From assembly GCA_025839675.1 (NCBI GenBank), contig CP104013.1:5070001-5102000 (forward strand): a stretch of 32,000 nt of DNA, in the 5' to 3' direction. A program made the position numbers and the translations under genes. The stretch comes from Candidatus Lokiarchaeum ossiferum (lineage in GTDB: Archaea; Asgardarchaeota; Lokiarchaeia; Sigyniarchaeales; Promethearchaeaceae). Shown here piece by piece: positions 16,118-23,992 of this stretch. The notes beneath the pieces are model-generated. The model was not told the DNA's origin and ran no database searches. It saw nothing but the letters and a program-made list of their open reading frames with translations. The stretch's first letter is position 1; the number at the start of each line of letters is the position of its first letter.

Positions 16118-17095
16118 TTAACTAAATGGTAGGATTTCATATTTTGAATCTGAAAAGTTATTTATATAATCCAGAACTGGTTTAAAAATAGATAAATGAA
16201 GCTTTTTTGAGTCTGAATATGATGTTAATTCACACGAATTTGTCTTAATTAAATCTTCAATTAAAATATTTGTTAATTCACTTTGATATGGGAATTTTAT
16301 TTCCTTTTTTATCCATTTTTCAGATATCTGTGGATTGTATGTGAGAATTTCCAGTTCAGATTCTTTTAATATTATTCTCTTTTCATCTGTATAAATTTCA
16401 TTGATTAATGGCAGATTTCCTGAAGGTAAACAATGCAAAAATCCCGATGTACCATTTTTGAATTTAATATTTAATTTTCCATTCATCTCATAAAACCCTT
16501 GACGTTTACTTTTGGATAGTTTTGGAATTAATTCGCTTGTATCAACAACAAATTCGGTAGAATCAGTTAAAAAAGCAATTATGTCAATGAAATGTATCGC
16601 GTTTGACATCAAATTAAATTTACTCCCTGAAATTGAAAATGAAAATTTATTTCCTCCAATAATATCTTTGATTTCTTTATACACAAAAAACATTCTTCGT
16701 GGACAATTTACCCAAGCTTCAGATTTATTGGTCTTTAACAAATTTTCAACATAATTATAATCCTCAAGTTTCTGAAACAGCACTTTTTCTAAAACAAATT
16801 TCTCCACGTGATTTTTAGCCAGTAGATTTTCAATAACCATTTTACGTACATCGGAATTTGTTGCAATAATCGCTACTTCAAAATCAATATCACTAAAATC
16901 TATCTTATTATGATAAGAAATTGTATGTTTCGCTTCACATTCTTCAACGGAATTATATCTTTGTTCAGCAATCTTCAGTGAGTTTTGATTTGGATCGACG
17001 ACATGGATTTTCAGAGGAAAATTAATTTTCTTTAAAGCTTGTAGGTGTCTACTTCCTAAATTTCCTGTCCCAATAACACATATATTTTTTTTCAT
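16118..17095 (-). CDS. Gfo/Idh/MocA-like oxidoreductase (divergent)
   Basis: ICVIGTGNLGSRHLQAL Rossmann and VLEKV in the EKP position. Its ATG overlaps the upstream stop (ATGA at 17092-17095). Confidence 0.55.
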   Translation of the reverse strand: MKKNICVIGTGNLGSRHLQALKKINFPLKIHVVDPNQNSLKIAEQRYNSVEECEAKHTISYHNKIDFSDIDFEVAIIATNSDVRKMVIENLLAKNHVEKFVLEKVLFQKLEDYNYVENLLKTNKSEAWVNCPRRMFFVYKEIKDIIGGNKFSFSISGSKFNLMSNAIHFIDIIAFLTDSTEFVVDTSELIPKLSKSKRQGFYEMNGKLNIKFKNGTSGFLHCLPSGNLPLINEIYTDEKRIILKESELEILTYNPQISEKWIKKEIKFPYQSELTNILIEDLIKTNSCELTSYSDSKKLHLSIFKPVLDYINNFSDSKYEILPFS

Positions 17096-18960
17096 AATGT
17101 TTTTACTTCCTCGCTAATTTTCTTTTTTTTTTTAAAAATTCTTCTAATTATATTTATTAATGTAGATAATTTTGCTTTGAGGTTTAACTTCAATGCGGCA
17201 ATATTTTTCTTCAAATTGTTACTTTCTCTGTCTTTTTTTTTTGTTCCTATAATTTGGGTAATTAAAAATTTCAATTCTACCGCCATTTTAAGATAAACCC
17301 TCCGTTTATAGTGTCTAATATTATCAAGAATATCTTCCTGCTTAACAATTTTTCTAACATCTAATAGATAACAATTCTTATGAGATTTAATGAATTCATC
17401 TAAACAATTATTCATTTCTATGTGTCTATTTAGGCTATTAGTTTCAACTTTATTTGACGAAGGTGGATGAACTTCAGAACCATTAATGAATATTATTGGT
17501 TTTCCACCAATTTTGTCTACAATATATTCAAGATTTTTCTTAAATTCAGATACAGAAATTAGCCCTATGTATTCAAAATTTTCTTTAAAGAAATTGTGAA
17601 AATTCTTATCCATTCCAGAAATTTTTGCGTTCCGAAATCTCGATTCAAATTCATCCGGATCTTCACTTATAATATTCGTATAGCCTCCGTAAGCGATTTT
17701 AATCTCATTTTTCTTTGATTGATACATCTCTTGTGTGTAATCCATCAACACGCTATAAACTAATATATCGTATGAATTAAGATCAAATATATTTGTTTCA
17801 AAATTCATTTGATCCAAAAATGGGATATTTGATATCATTGCATTTTTTTGATTTTTAGACAATATCTGGGAATTGATAATAAATGAAGTGTGTTCTCTAT
17901 GAATTGGATGGTTATTTTCTAAAACAGAATTGAATTCCCTTAGAATCTTCAAATTTCGCTGATACAAATAATGATCCATTTGCTCTAAATCGCATCCTCC
18001 TTTTATTAATATCGAGAGTTGCTTTTTACTTAACTCCGTCTTATTATGGAGATTTTTTTTTTTTTTAATTTCTTGCTTAATCCAATAAACATTTTTGCTC
18101 TTACTTAATGGAGTTGCTACTTCTTCGATAATCTCAATCTTTGGATAATTTAAAGATTTGTAAATATAGTTTTCAACTCCTAAATTTAAAATTCTACAAG
18201 AGAAGATGAAATGTTCCAGATAATTCTCTTCTTTTTTCAAAGAAACAAACCCTGCAATTCCATAGTCTCCGTATTTGTCTGTAACTTTGATTATAAAATT
18301 TATATAGCTATTATCTTTTAATAAAACGGATAGTTTTTCCAAAGTTATTCTATTCTTTGTATAATTCAATTGATTCGTTCTATTTATTAATTCATGAATT
18401 CGGTTAATATTGTCCAAACAATCATATTGAATCATTATTTTGATTTTAGATTGTTTCAAAAATTCCTCATTGTCGGAATAATTCATTTGAGCTTTATTTT
18501 TTTTTTCTAGAATTTTATACTGTTTCAATCTTGTTAGTTCAGAATCGTTTTTTCCGATAAATGCAGGATGAGATTTTATTTTTTGAATAAACTCTGGTCC
18601 GACAACATTGACATTTGGATTGTAAAATGCTACTTCTTCCCTATTGAGGTGATTATCATCAATAAACAATACATTTGTCTGTCTAAGTTGTGTATTATTA
18701 ATTATGTTTTTAATCATTTGACCTTTAGGCTCCCAGCTAATATGCGGGAAGATAAAATATTTCCAAATTCCTATATTTTCTAATTCTTTCTTGGCATTAT
18801 TAAAATCATTCTTTGAAGCAATTGCATTCATAATTCCTTTTTTGGAAAGATTTTTAATCAGATCTATCCTCTTATCAGTTATTCTAATCGAACCTTCTGA
18901 AAGAGTTCCTTTCCAAAGTGTATCATCCAGATCCCAAATAATCAATTTAATATTTTCCAC
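17092..18960 (-). CDS. HAD-superfamily subfamily IIIC / FkbH-like protein with an about 320-aa C-terminal extension of unknown function
   Basis: HAD motifs IIWDLDDTLWKG (motif I), ASKND and FIDDN, followed by RTNQLNYT, YGDYGIAGFV and FIFSCRILNLGVENY (FkbH-type domain with SCR cysteine). Residues about 300-622 were not recognised. GTG start with an in-frame TGA five codons upstream. Confidence 0.75.
   Translation of the reverse strand: MENIKLIIWDLDDTLWKGTLSEGSIRITDKRIDLIKNLSKKGIMNAIASKNDFNNAKKELENIGIWKYFIFPHISWEPKGQMIKNIINNTQLRQTNVLFIDDNHLNREEVAFYNPNVNVVGPEFIQKIKSHPAFIGKNDSELTRLKQYKILEKKNKAQMNYSDNEEFLKQSKIKIMIQYDCLDNINRIHELINRTNQLNYTKNRITLEKLSVLLKDNSYINFIIKVTDKYGDYGIAGFVSLKKEENYLEHFIFSCRILNLGVENYIYKSLNYPKIEIIEEVATPLSKSKNVYWIKQEIKKKKNLHNKTELSKKQLSILIKGGCDLEQMDHYLYQRNLKILREFNSVLENNHPIHREHTSFIINSQILSKNQKNAMISNIPFLDQMNFETNIFDLNSYDILVYSVLMDYTQEMYQSKKNEIKIAYGGYTNIISEDPDEFESRFRNAKISGMDKNFHNFFKENFEYIGLISVSEFKKNLEYIVDKIGGKPIIFINGSEVHPPSSNKVETNSLNRHIEMNNCLDEFIKSHKNCYLLDVRKIVKQEDILDNIRHYKRRVYLKMAVELKFLITQIIGTKKKDRESNNLKKNIAALKLNLKAKLSTLINIIRRIFKKKKKISEEVKTL
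18053..18066. repeat. T14 homopolymer inside the FkbH-like CDS (encodes IKKKKN on the minus strand)
   Basis: Counted directly from the sequence. The same gene also carries T11 (17123-17133), T10 (17233-17242) and T10 (18497-18506). Confidence 0.95.
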
Positions 18961-19029
18961 TTCGATTAACTCTCATTGAATTACAATATGATGAAAAAAT
19001 TTTCATTTCTTAAAAAATGATAGTTCTCT

Positions 19030-20508
19030 TTATTTGGCATTTGATATTACGTATTTCATGAATTTTTTGGGGTTAATAGTTTCCATAACAAATAAATAAT
19101 CATTTTTATTTACTAATTTCATAAAAATCAAGACGAGAAAATAACCAATAACTGTGAAAATTGTCAAAATTATTAAAAGTACAATGTTTTCTCCGATTAA
19201 ATTGTTTATAATTATGGATATTGCTAAAAATGAAAGGTTAATAAATATGAGCTGTGTGGAAATTTTTGAAATGTTTCCAAAATTAAAATCTTTGTTTACA
19301 TAATAACGACCTACAGGAATTGATACGATATATCCTAGATTGGGACCTATTGATAAACCTATTAGCCCTAAAGTGGGAATTAAAAATAACCAACTAATTA
19401 TTGTGAAGAATAACCCTACTAAGCCAAAAACCAATACCAATTTATTCCTTCCGGATGCTATTAATATTGTGCCATAAGGATTCCATAATCCCCACGAAAA
19501 TAAGGTAAAAATGGAAAACAAAAGGAATTTTGTTCCATGAATGTAATAAAATTCCCCAAAGAAAACTTTGATAAATAGTGGTGCAAGGATAAACGCTCCT
19601 ATCAGCATTAATCCCCAAAATATCATCATATATCTTTCAAATAGTTGTACTTTGAATTTCAACTGTTCATGATTATTTTTAGCTATCAAAGAAGAAAAAG
19701 AAGGGAGAAACAGTGAAGATAAAGACTGTTGAATCAAAAACAAAATTCTTAGGATATTCTGAATGACATAATATACTCCCAAAATGGATTCATCGTAATG
19801 TTGCAGGAAAATAAAAGGTCCTAAATTTTGAATGCTTATTGATATCAAACTTGGTATTAGTAAAGGAATTGAGATTTTTAAATAATCTTTTAACAAAGAT
19901 TTAGAGGGTTTTGTTAATTTAATGTCTTTAAGGTAGTATATATAAAATAACAAAGATATAAAATTGGCAATTATAATGCTTAAGCAATATAAGAAGAAAC
20001 TTTCTGCAATAAAAATAGCATAAGCTTTAAACGTTCCCAAAATAAGGCTATTAATGAAAGTAGGGATTTGCATTTTTACTATTTTTAATTGAGCTTGAAG
20101 AGTTGTTGAAAAGACAAAATTTAATGATTGTAAAAAGGAAGAAATGAAATATATTTCTAATATCTGAATTTGTATAGGATTATTTGATATAATTTCATTT
20201 TCAATTTGGTAATCTAAAACGAAGTAGATTCCTATTGAAGTAACGATGATTAGTACAAGTTTTAGTATCAAGTAAGTTGAAAAATATATGTTCGTTTCTA
20301 ATTTCTGCTCTGATGTCTTCTTAAGATGTGCAGTTTGAAAACTTAAATCAGAAAAAAAATTGAAAAATGCAAAAATGGACACTGCAATCGATAAAAAGGC
20401 AAATGATTCTGGGGAAAATTTCTTTACTGCAAAAAAAAAAATTCCTACACTTATTATTTGACTGAAATATTTAGAAATTAAGATTAAAATCGAATCTTTT
20501 GCAGCCAT
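19030..20508 (-). CDS. Wzx/AglR-like polysaccharide (lipid-linked oligosaccharide) flippase, MOP superfamily
   Basis: 492 aa and almost entirely hydrophobic, with about 12-14 predicted helices by eye. The N-terminal LISKYFSQIISVGIFFFAVKKF is typical of polysaccharide biosynthesis (Wzx) proteins. Glycan-cluster context. Confidence 0.7.
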   Translation of the reverse strand: MAAKDSILILISKYFSQIISVGIFFFAVKKFSPESFAFLSIAVSIFAFFNFFSDLSFQTAHLKKTSEQKLETNIYFSTYLILKLVLIIVTSIGIYFVLDYQIENEIISNNPIQIQILEIYFISSFLQSLNFVFSTTLQAQLKIVKMQIPTFINSLILGTFKAYAIFIAESFFLYCLSIIIANFISLLFYIYYLKDIKLTKPSKSLLKDYLKISIPLLIPSLISISIQNLGPFIFLQHYDESILGVYYVIQNILRILFLIQQSLSSLFLPSFSSLIAKNNHEQLKFKVQLFERYMMIFWGLMLIGAFILAPLFIKVFFGEFYYIHGTKFLLFSIFTLFSWGLWNPYGTILIASGRNKLVLVFGLVGLFFTIISWLFLIPTLGLIGLSIGPNLGYIVSIPVGRYYVNKDFNFGNISKISTQLIFINLSFLAISIIINNLIGENIVLLIILTIFTVIGYFLVLIFMKLVNKNDYLFVMETINPKKFMKYVISNAK

Positions 20509-20767
20509 ATTGAATTTATATAGAGTTTTTTAATTTTTGAATTTTTTCATAGGTTCATCGATCGAATTGGAATTCTAACTACTTTTTCTATTTATCTTAA
20601 ATTGACTTAATGAATTTAATTATGTATCCTTTGGATATAATCGCTTAGCAAATCAAAAATTCTTAGGAAATACCCATAGAATTTATGTTTAAACAAAACT
20701 ATTATATTTTAAGTAATCTATATAAATTTAATATTGAACTAAATTCATATAAAAATTGGGAAATTGA
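20509..20767. promoter_or_regulatory. Divergent promoter region (flippase-FkbH-oxidoreductase operon to the left, GT-B-like gene to the right)
   Basis: 259-bp ORF-free AT-rich spacer between divergent starts. TATATAAATTTAATATT lies about 30-45 nt upstream of ATG 20768, and TTATATAGAG lies close to ATG 20508 on the other side. Confidence 0.35.
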
Positions 20768-22750
20768 ATGCATTTAACAGTGGATAACGCAGAAAAAATT
20801 GGGTTTATATTTTTTAATGAAATTCAATTGCTCAAATTTCGATTTGCAGAAAAATTCAATAATTTTTTTTTATTTAATGATAATTTCGATGAGGTAGAAT
20901 TTCAATTTCTCAAATCAATAAAAAAGACGATTTTTCAGTTCAAATCGAAGAATATATTGAAAAATTTGAAGAAATCAACTGTTAAATGTGATAATTTTTA
21001 TGATCACCTAAATTCGAAATCAATCAGAGAAGTAAATTTCAAGTCAATTGAAATATATAATTATATTCTTAAAAATTCTTTAAATCTAAACAATTCAACT
21101 TTTAACGATGTTAATCTCATCAAAGTATATAGGATGAGTATTCTCCTGGACTTGATCGATATTTTTTCTCAATTGCGAGGATTAACAAATTTTCTTGAAA
21201 AAAAAAACCTAAAATATATTTTAATTGCAAGTTCGACCCGCCAAATAAGTCATATAATTTCAAAAAACATTTCAAAAGAATTTTCAAATTTAAAATGTAT
21301 AGGAGTAGCAAAAAAAAAGGAGAAACAATTAGTAAATCCGAAGTTGAGGAATTTCTTGTGGAGTATATATTTCATAAAGGAAAAAATTGACTATCTAAAA
21401 AAATCTTGGATTAAAACAACAAAAAACTCCTACAACTTGAGTACAAGAAATATCAAGATTAATTTTGATCATCGAAGGTTATTAATTTTGATTGTCTCAG
21501 AAAATCAGTTTCAACGTGTAATTATTGTCTTAAACGAGTTAATTAAAGAAAAGGATTTAGATATATATGCATTACTCATGCCTACTGTTGCTACCTTTAA
21601 AAATATTGCTTATTTGAATAGTATTAAGATATTTACTTTTGATATATCTAATGATTTATCATTATATAGGAAATCTCGAGAATTATATGATTTTAATTCT
21701 TGGATATCAAATTATTTTAAAAAAGAAATCTACAATTTTGACAGAAAATCACCACCAAAATATCCAAATGAGAGGAATTTAATCCATTCCATTTTACTTA
21801 AGAATTTCACAAAATTCCCAATTTTAATAAAAATCCAGCAAATAATGCAACAATGTTTTAGAAAAATACAGCCAAGTCTTTCAATTTATTTGAATGAATA
21901 TATTCCTGAATCGAAGATATTCGAACAATTGAGTAAAAAATATGGTTCAAAGCTTATTTTTATCCCCCATTGTGCCGCAGGAGGATATTTATATGAACCA
22001 TTAACCATGGATTATGCTTTTTTATCTGGAGCTATGGAAAATATGTATTATAGCTCCCTTCCTGGTAGTACAAAAAGCAAAACCCAAGTTATTATTACTG
22101 GAAGTCCTCATTATGACAAATTATTTCAATTGAAAGAAGAAAAGATCAAAAATAAATCCAAAATCATTTTTTCTTTAAAAAAAAAATTAAAATTGACTAA
22201 GGAGACAAAAATTATATTATTGGTCACCAACCCAATTAATAAAACTTTGCTGGAGATTATGATAAAATCAGTCGTTCTTTCAGCTAATCAATATGAAGAC
22301 GTTCACCTAATAATAAAACTTCATCCTAGAGAATTTTCATCAGATTTTCATACGAAAATAGTAAATACCTATGGAAATCCAGATAAAACAACTATTTTGA
22401 AACATGGTAACATTGAATTATATGATTTGTTTCTAATTTGTGATATCGTAGTGGGAAGATTGACAAATGCATTAATAGAAGCCGTTCTCTTTGATAAAAA
22501 TGTAATTGACTTAGATTATGATAATTATGGAGATCTTTATAATTTACATAAATATGATTCTGAAATTAGAATCACAGATCCAAAAAACCTTAATGAATTT
22601 GTAAAGAAATTGCTTAATAATGAAGAGATTGTTGCCCAATTAAAGAAAGGAAGAAAGGTTTATGAAAATCTTCTATCCGATGGAAAAAAATTCCAATCCG
22701 CAAAAATAATGAAGGAAAAAATCATTGAGATATTAAAATCTGAAAATTAA
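20768..22750 (+). CDS. Large GT-B-like transferase with HP motif (TagF / Capsule_synth / sialyltransferase-like C-terminal half); function unknown
   Basis: The C-terminal half reads IFIPHCAAGG, ITGSPHYDKL, KIILLVTNP, HLIIKLHPRE, then DLFLICDIVVGRLTNALIEAVLFDKNVIDLDYDNY. This is the order seen in TagF-like and KpsC/KpsS-like GT-B enzymes. The N-terminal about 230 aa were not recognised. Confidence 0.45.
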   Translation: MHLTVDNAEKIGFIFFNEIQLLKFRFAEKFNNFFLFNDNFDEVEFQFLKSIKKTIFQFKSKNILKNLKKSTVKCDNFYDHLNSKSIREVNFKSIEIYNYILKNSLNLNNSTFNDVNLIKVYRMSILLDLIDIFSQLRGLTNFLEKKNLKYILIASSTRQISHIISKNISKEFSNLKCIGVAKKKEKQLVNPKLRNFLWSIYFIKEKIDYLKKSWIKTTKNSYNLSTRNIKINFDHRRLLILIVSENQFQRVIIVLNELIKEKDLDIYALLMPTVATFKNIAYLNSIKIFTFDISNDLSLYRKSRELYDFNSWISNYFKKEIYNFDRKSPPKYPNERNLIHSILLKNFTKFPILIKIQQIMQQCFRKIQPSLSIYLNEYIPESKIFEQLSKKYGSKLIFIPHCAAGGYLYEPLTMDYAFLSGAMENMYYSSLPGSTKSKTQVIITGSPHYDKLFQLKEEKIKNKSKIIFSLKKKLKLTKETKIILLVTNPINKTLLEIMIKSVVLSANQYEDVHLIIKLHPREFSSDFHTKIVNTYGNPDKTTILKHGNIELYDLFLICDIVVGRLTNALIEAVLFDKNVIDLDYDNYGDLYNLHKYDSEIRITDPKNLNEFVKKLLNNEEIVAQLKKGRKVYENLLSDGKKFQSAKIMKEKIIEILKSEN

Positions 22751-22797
22751 ACTAATCCGATTTAACAAGCCCTTTAGATATAACGAGACCAACACAT

Positions 22798-22820
22798 CTA
22801 TTATTATTATTATTATTATT
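22798..22820. repeat. (TTA)n trinucleotide microsatellite; read on the minus strand it gives seven consecutive in-frame stop codons ending the GT2 gene
   Basis: The plus strand reads cta(tta)6tt. On the minus strand the GT2 ORF ends CAA TAA TAA TAA TAA TAA TAA TAG. Confidence 0.9.
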
Positions 22821-23835
22821 GTAAACTACGAGAAATCTTTGGTATTGTATTTAGAAATTTGTATTCTTCTACCATTTTTTTCCTACAAGACCGATACATC
22901 TTTCGATTAAACCCGATATAAATTCCGTTATATATTGCTCGGATTTGAGTAAGAATAATTTTGTACTCTGAATTTTTCATTGCTACTCTCAATTGAATTA
23001 ATGTTTTTTTTATTAATTGTCTGGGTAAAAAAATAAGAATTTTTAATAATGAATAATGTTTGAAATGAAGAATGATCATATTTCGAGTATACAGATACAA
23101 CTGAAAGAGATTTACTCGTTCATTTTCTTTATTGTTGACAGAATTAATTCTTACTTTATGTAAAACTGTTGTTTTTGGAAAATATTTAATGATATAACCG
23201 TTTTGTTTTGCAGTTAGATTCCAATCTGTTTCTTCCCAGTACATGAAAAAAATCTCATCCAAAAACCCGATTTTATTAGTTATTTCTGTTCTAAAAAATA
23301 AAGCAGCTCCAACAGAGTAATCTGTATCAATAGTTTTATCAAATTGGCCTGAATCCTTCCTATTTTCTCCAATGTGGTAACTTAGATAGAAATTACTTGG
23401 GTTTATTTTTGCTCCAGCATACCAAATAATATTTGGATTGGAAAATATTTTCATCTTGGGGGATAACATTGCTACATTCTTGTGTGCCTCCATATATTCA
23501 TAAATTTTGCTTAAACAATCGGGATCATCAATTTCAGTATCACAGTTAAGCAAAAATGTGTATTTTGTTTTAACTCTTCTGATTGCGTAATTATTTCCTC
23601 CTGCAAAACCTAAATTGAACTTAGGTTTAAAAATACTTATCTCGAAGATATCTTTGAATTTAATTTTCAAGCTTTCTAATTCTAAAATATCAAAATTATT
23701 GGGAGAATTATCTACAATGACAATATTAAAATTTAAAAATGATTGAGAAGTGAGAGATTTTAAACAAGCATCAATTAATTTTGAAGTTTTATAATTTACA
23801 AAAATTATTGTTATTGAAAATTTCTCAGTGGCCAT
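22816..23835 (-). CDS. Family 2 glycosyltransferase (GT-A fold)
   Basis: Motifs FSITIIFVNYKT, NIVIVDNSP, FLLNCDTEIDD (DxD-type) and GAALFFR. Confidence 0.85.
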   Translation of the reverse strand: MATEKFSITIIFVNYKTSKLIDACLKSLTSQSFLNFNIVIVDNSPNNFDILELESLKIKFKDIFEISIFKPKFNLGFAGGNNYAIRRVKTKYTFLLNCDTEIDDPDCLSKIYEYMEAHKNVAMLSPKMKIFSNPNIIWYAGAKINPSNFYLSYHIGENRKDSGQFDKTIDTDYSVGAALFFRTEITNKIGFLDEIFFMYWEETDWNLTAKQNGYIIKYFPKTTVLHKVRINSVNNKENERVNLFQLYLYTRNMIILHFKHYSLLKILIFLPRQLIKKTLIQLRVAMKNSEYKIILTQIRAIYNGIYIGFNRKMYRSCRKKMVEEYKFLNTIPKISRSLQ

Positions 23836-23992
23836 TAATTCTTTGAATTATTTATTACTTAAAAGAAATTAATATCACATTATTCTATCTCTACATTTTT
23901 TTTAACTAATTTAAAGAAAATTAAATTAATTAAAACACTATTAATAAATGTAGTATTAAAATTGAATAAAATAGAAGAAATGATTACTAAAA
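23836..23992. promoter_or_regulatory. Divergent promoter region (GT2 to the left, Gfo/Idh/MocA-GT2 pair to the right)
   Basis: 157-bp ORF-free AT-rich spacer between divergent start codons. Confidence 0.3.

Noticed and set aside
15758-16132. 124-aa plus-strand ORF antisense to the Gfo/Idh/MocA gene
   Set aside because: Shadow ORF opposite a gene with clear Rossmann and EKP motifs. It has no motif of its own.
20768-22750. Straight annotation as a TagF-type CDP-glycerol glycerophosphotransferase
   Set aside because: The element order fits TagF. However, the DYSS-type motif is replaced by GRLTNALIEA, which looks more like Capsule_synth or generic GT-B. No CDP-glycerol/ribitol synthesis gene (tagD/tarI/tarJ-like) is present. 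The call was therefore left open as a GT-B-like protein.
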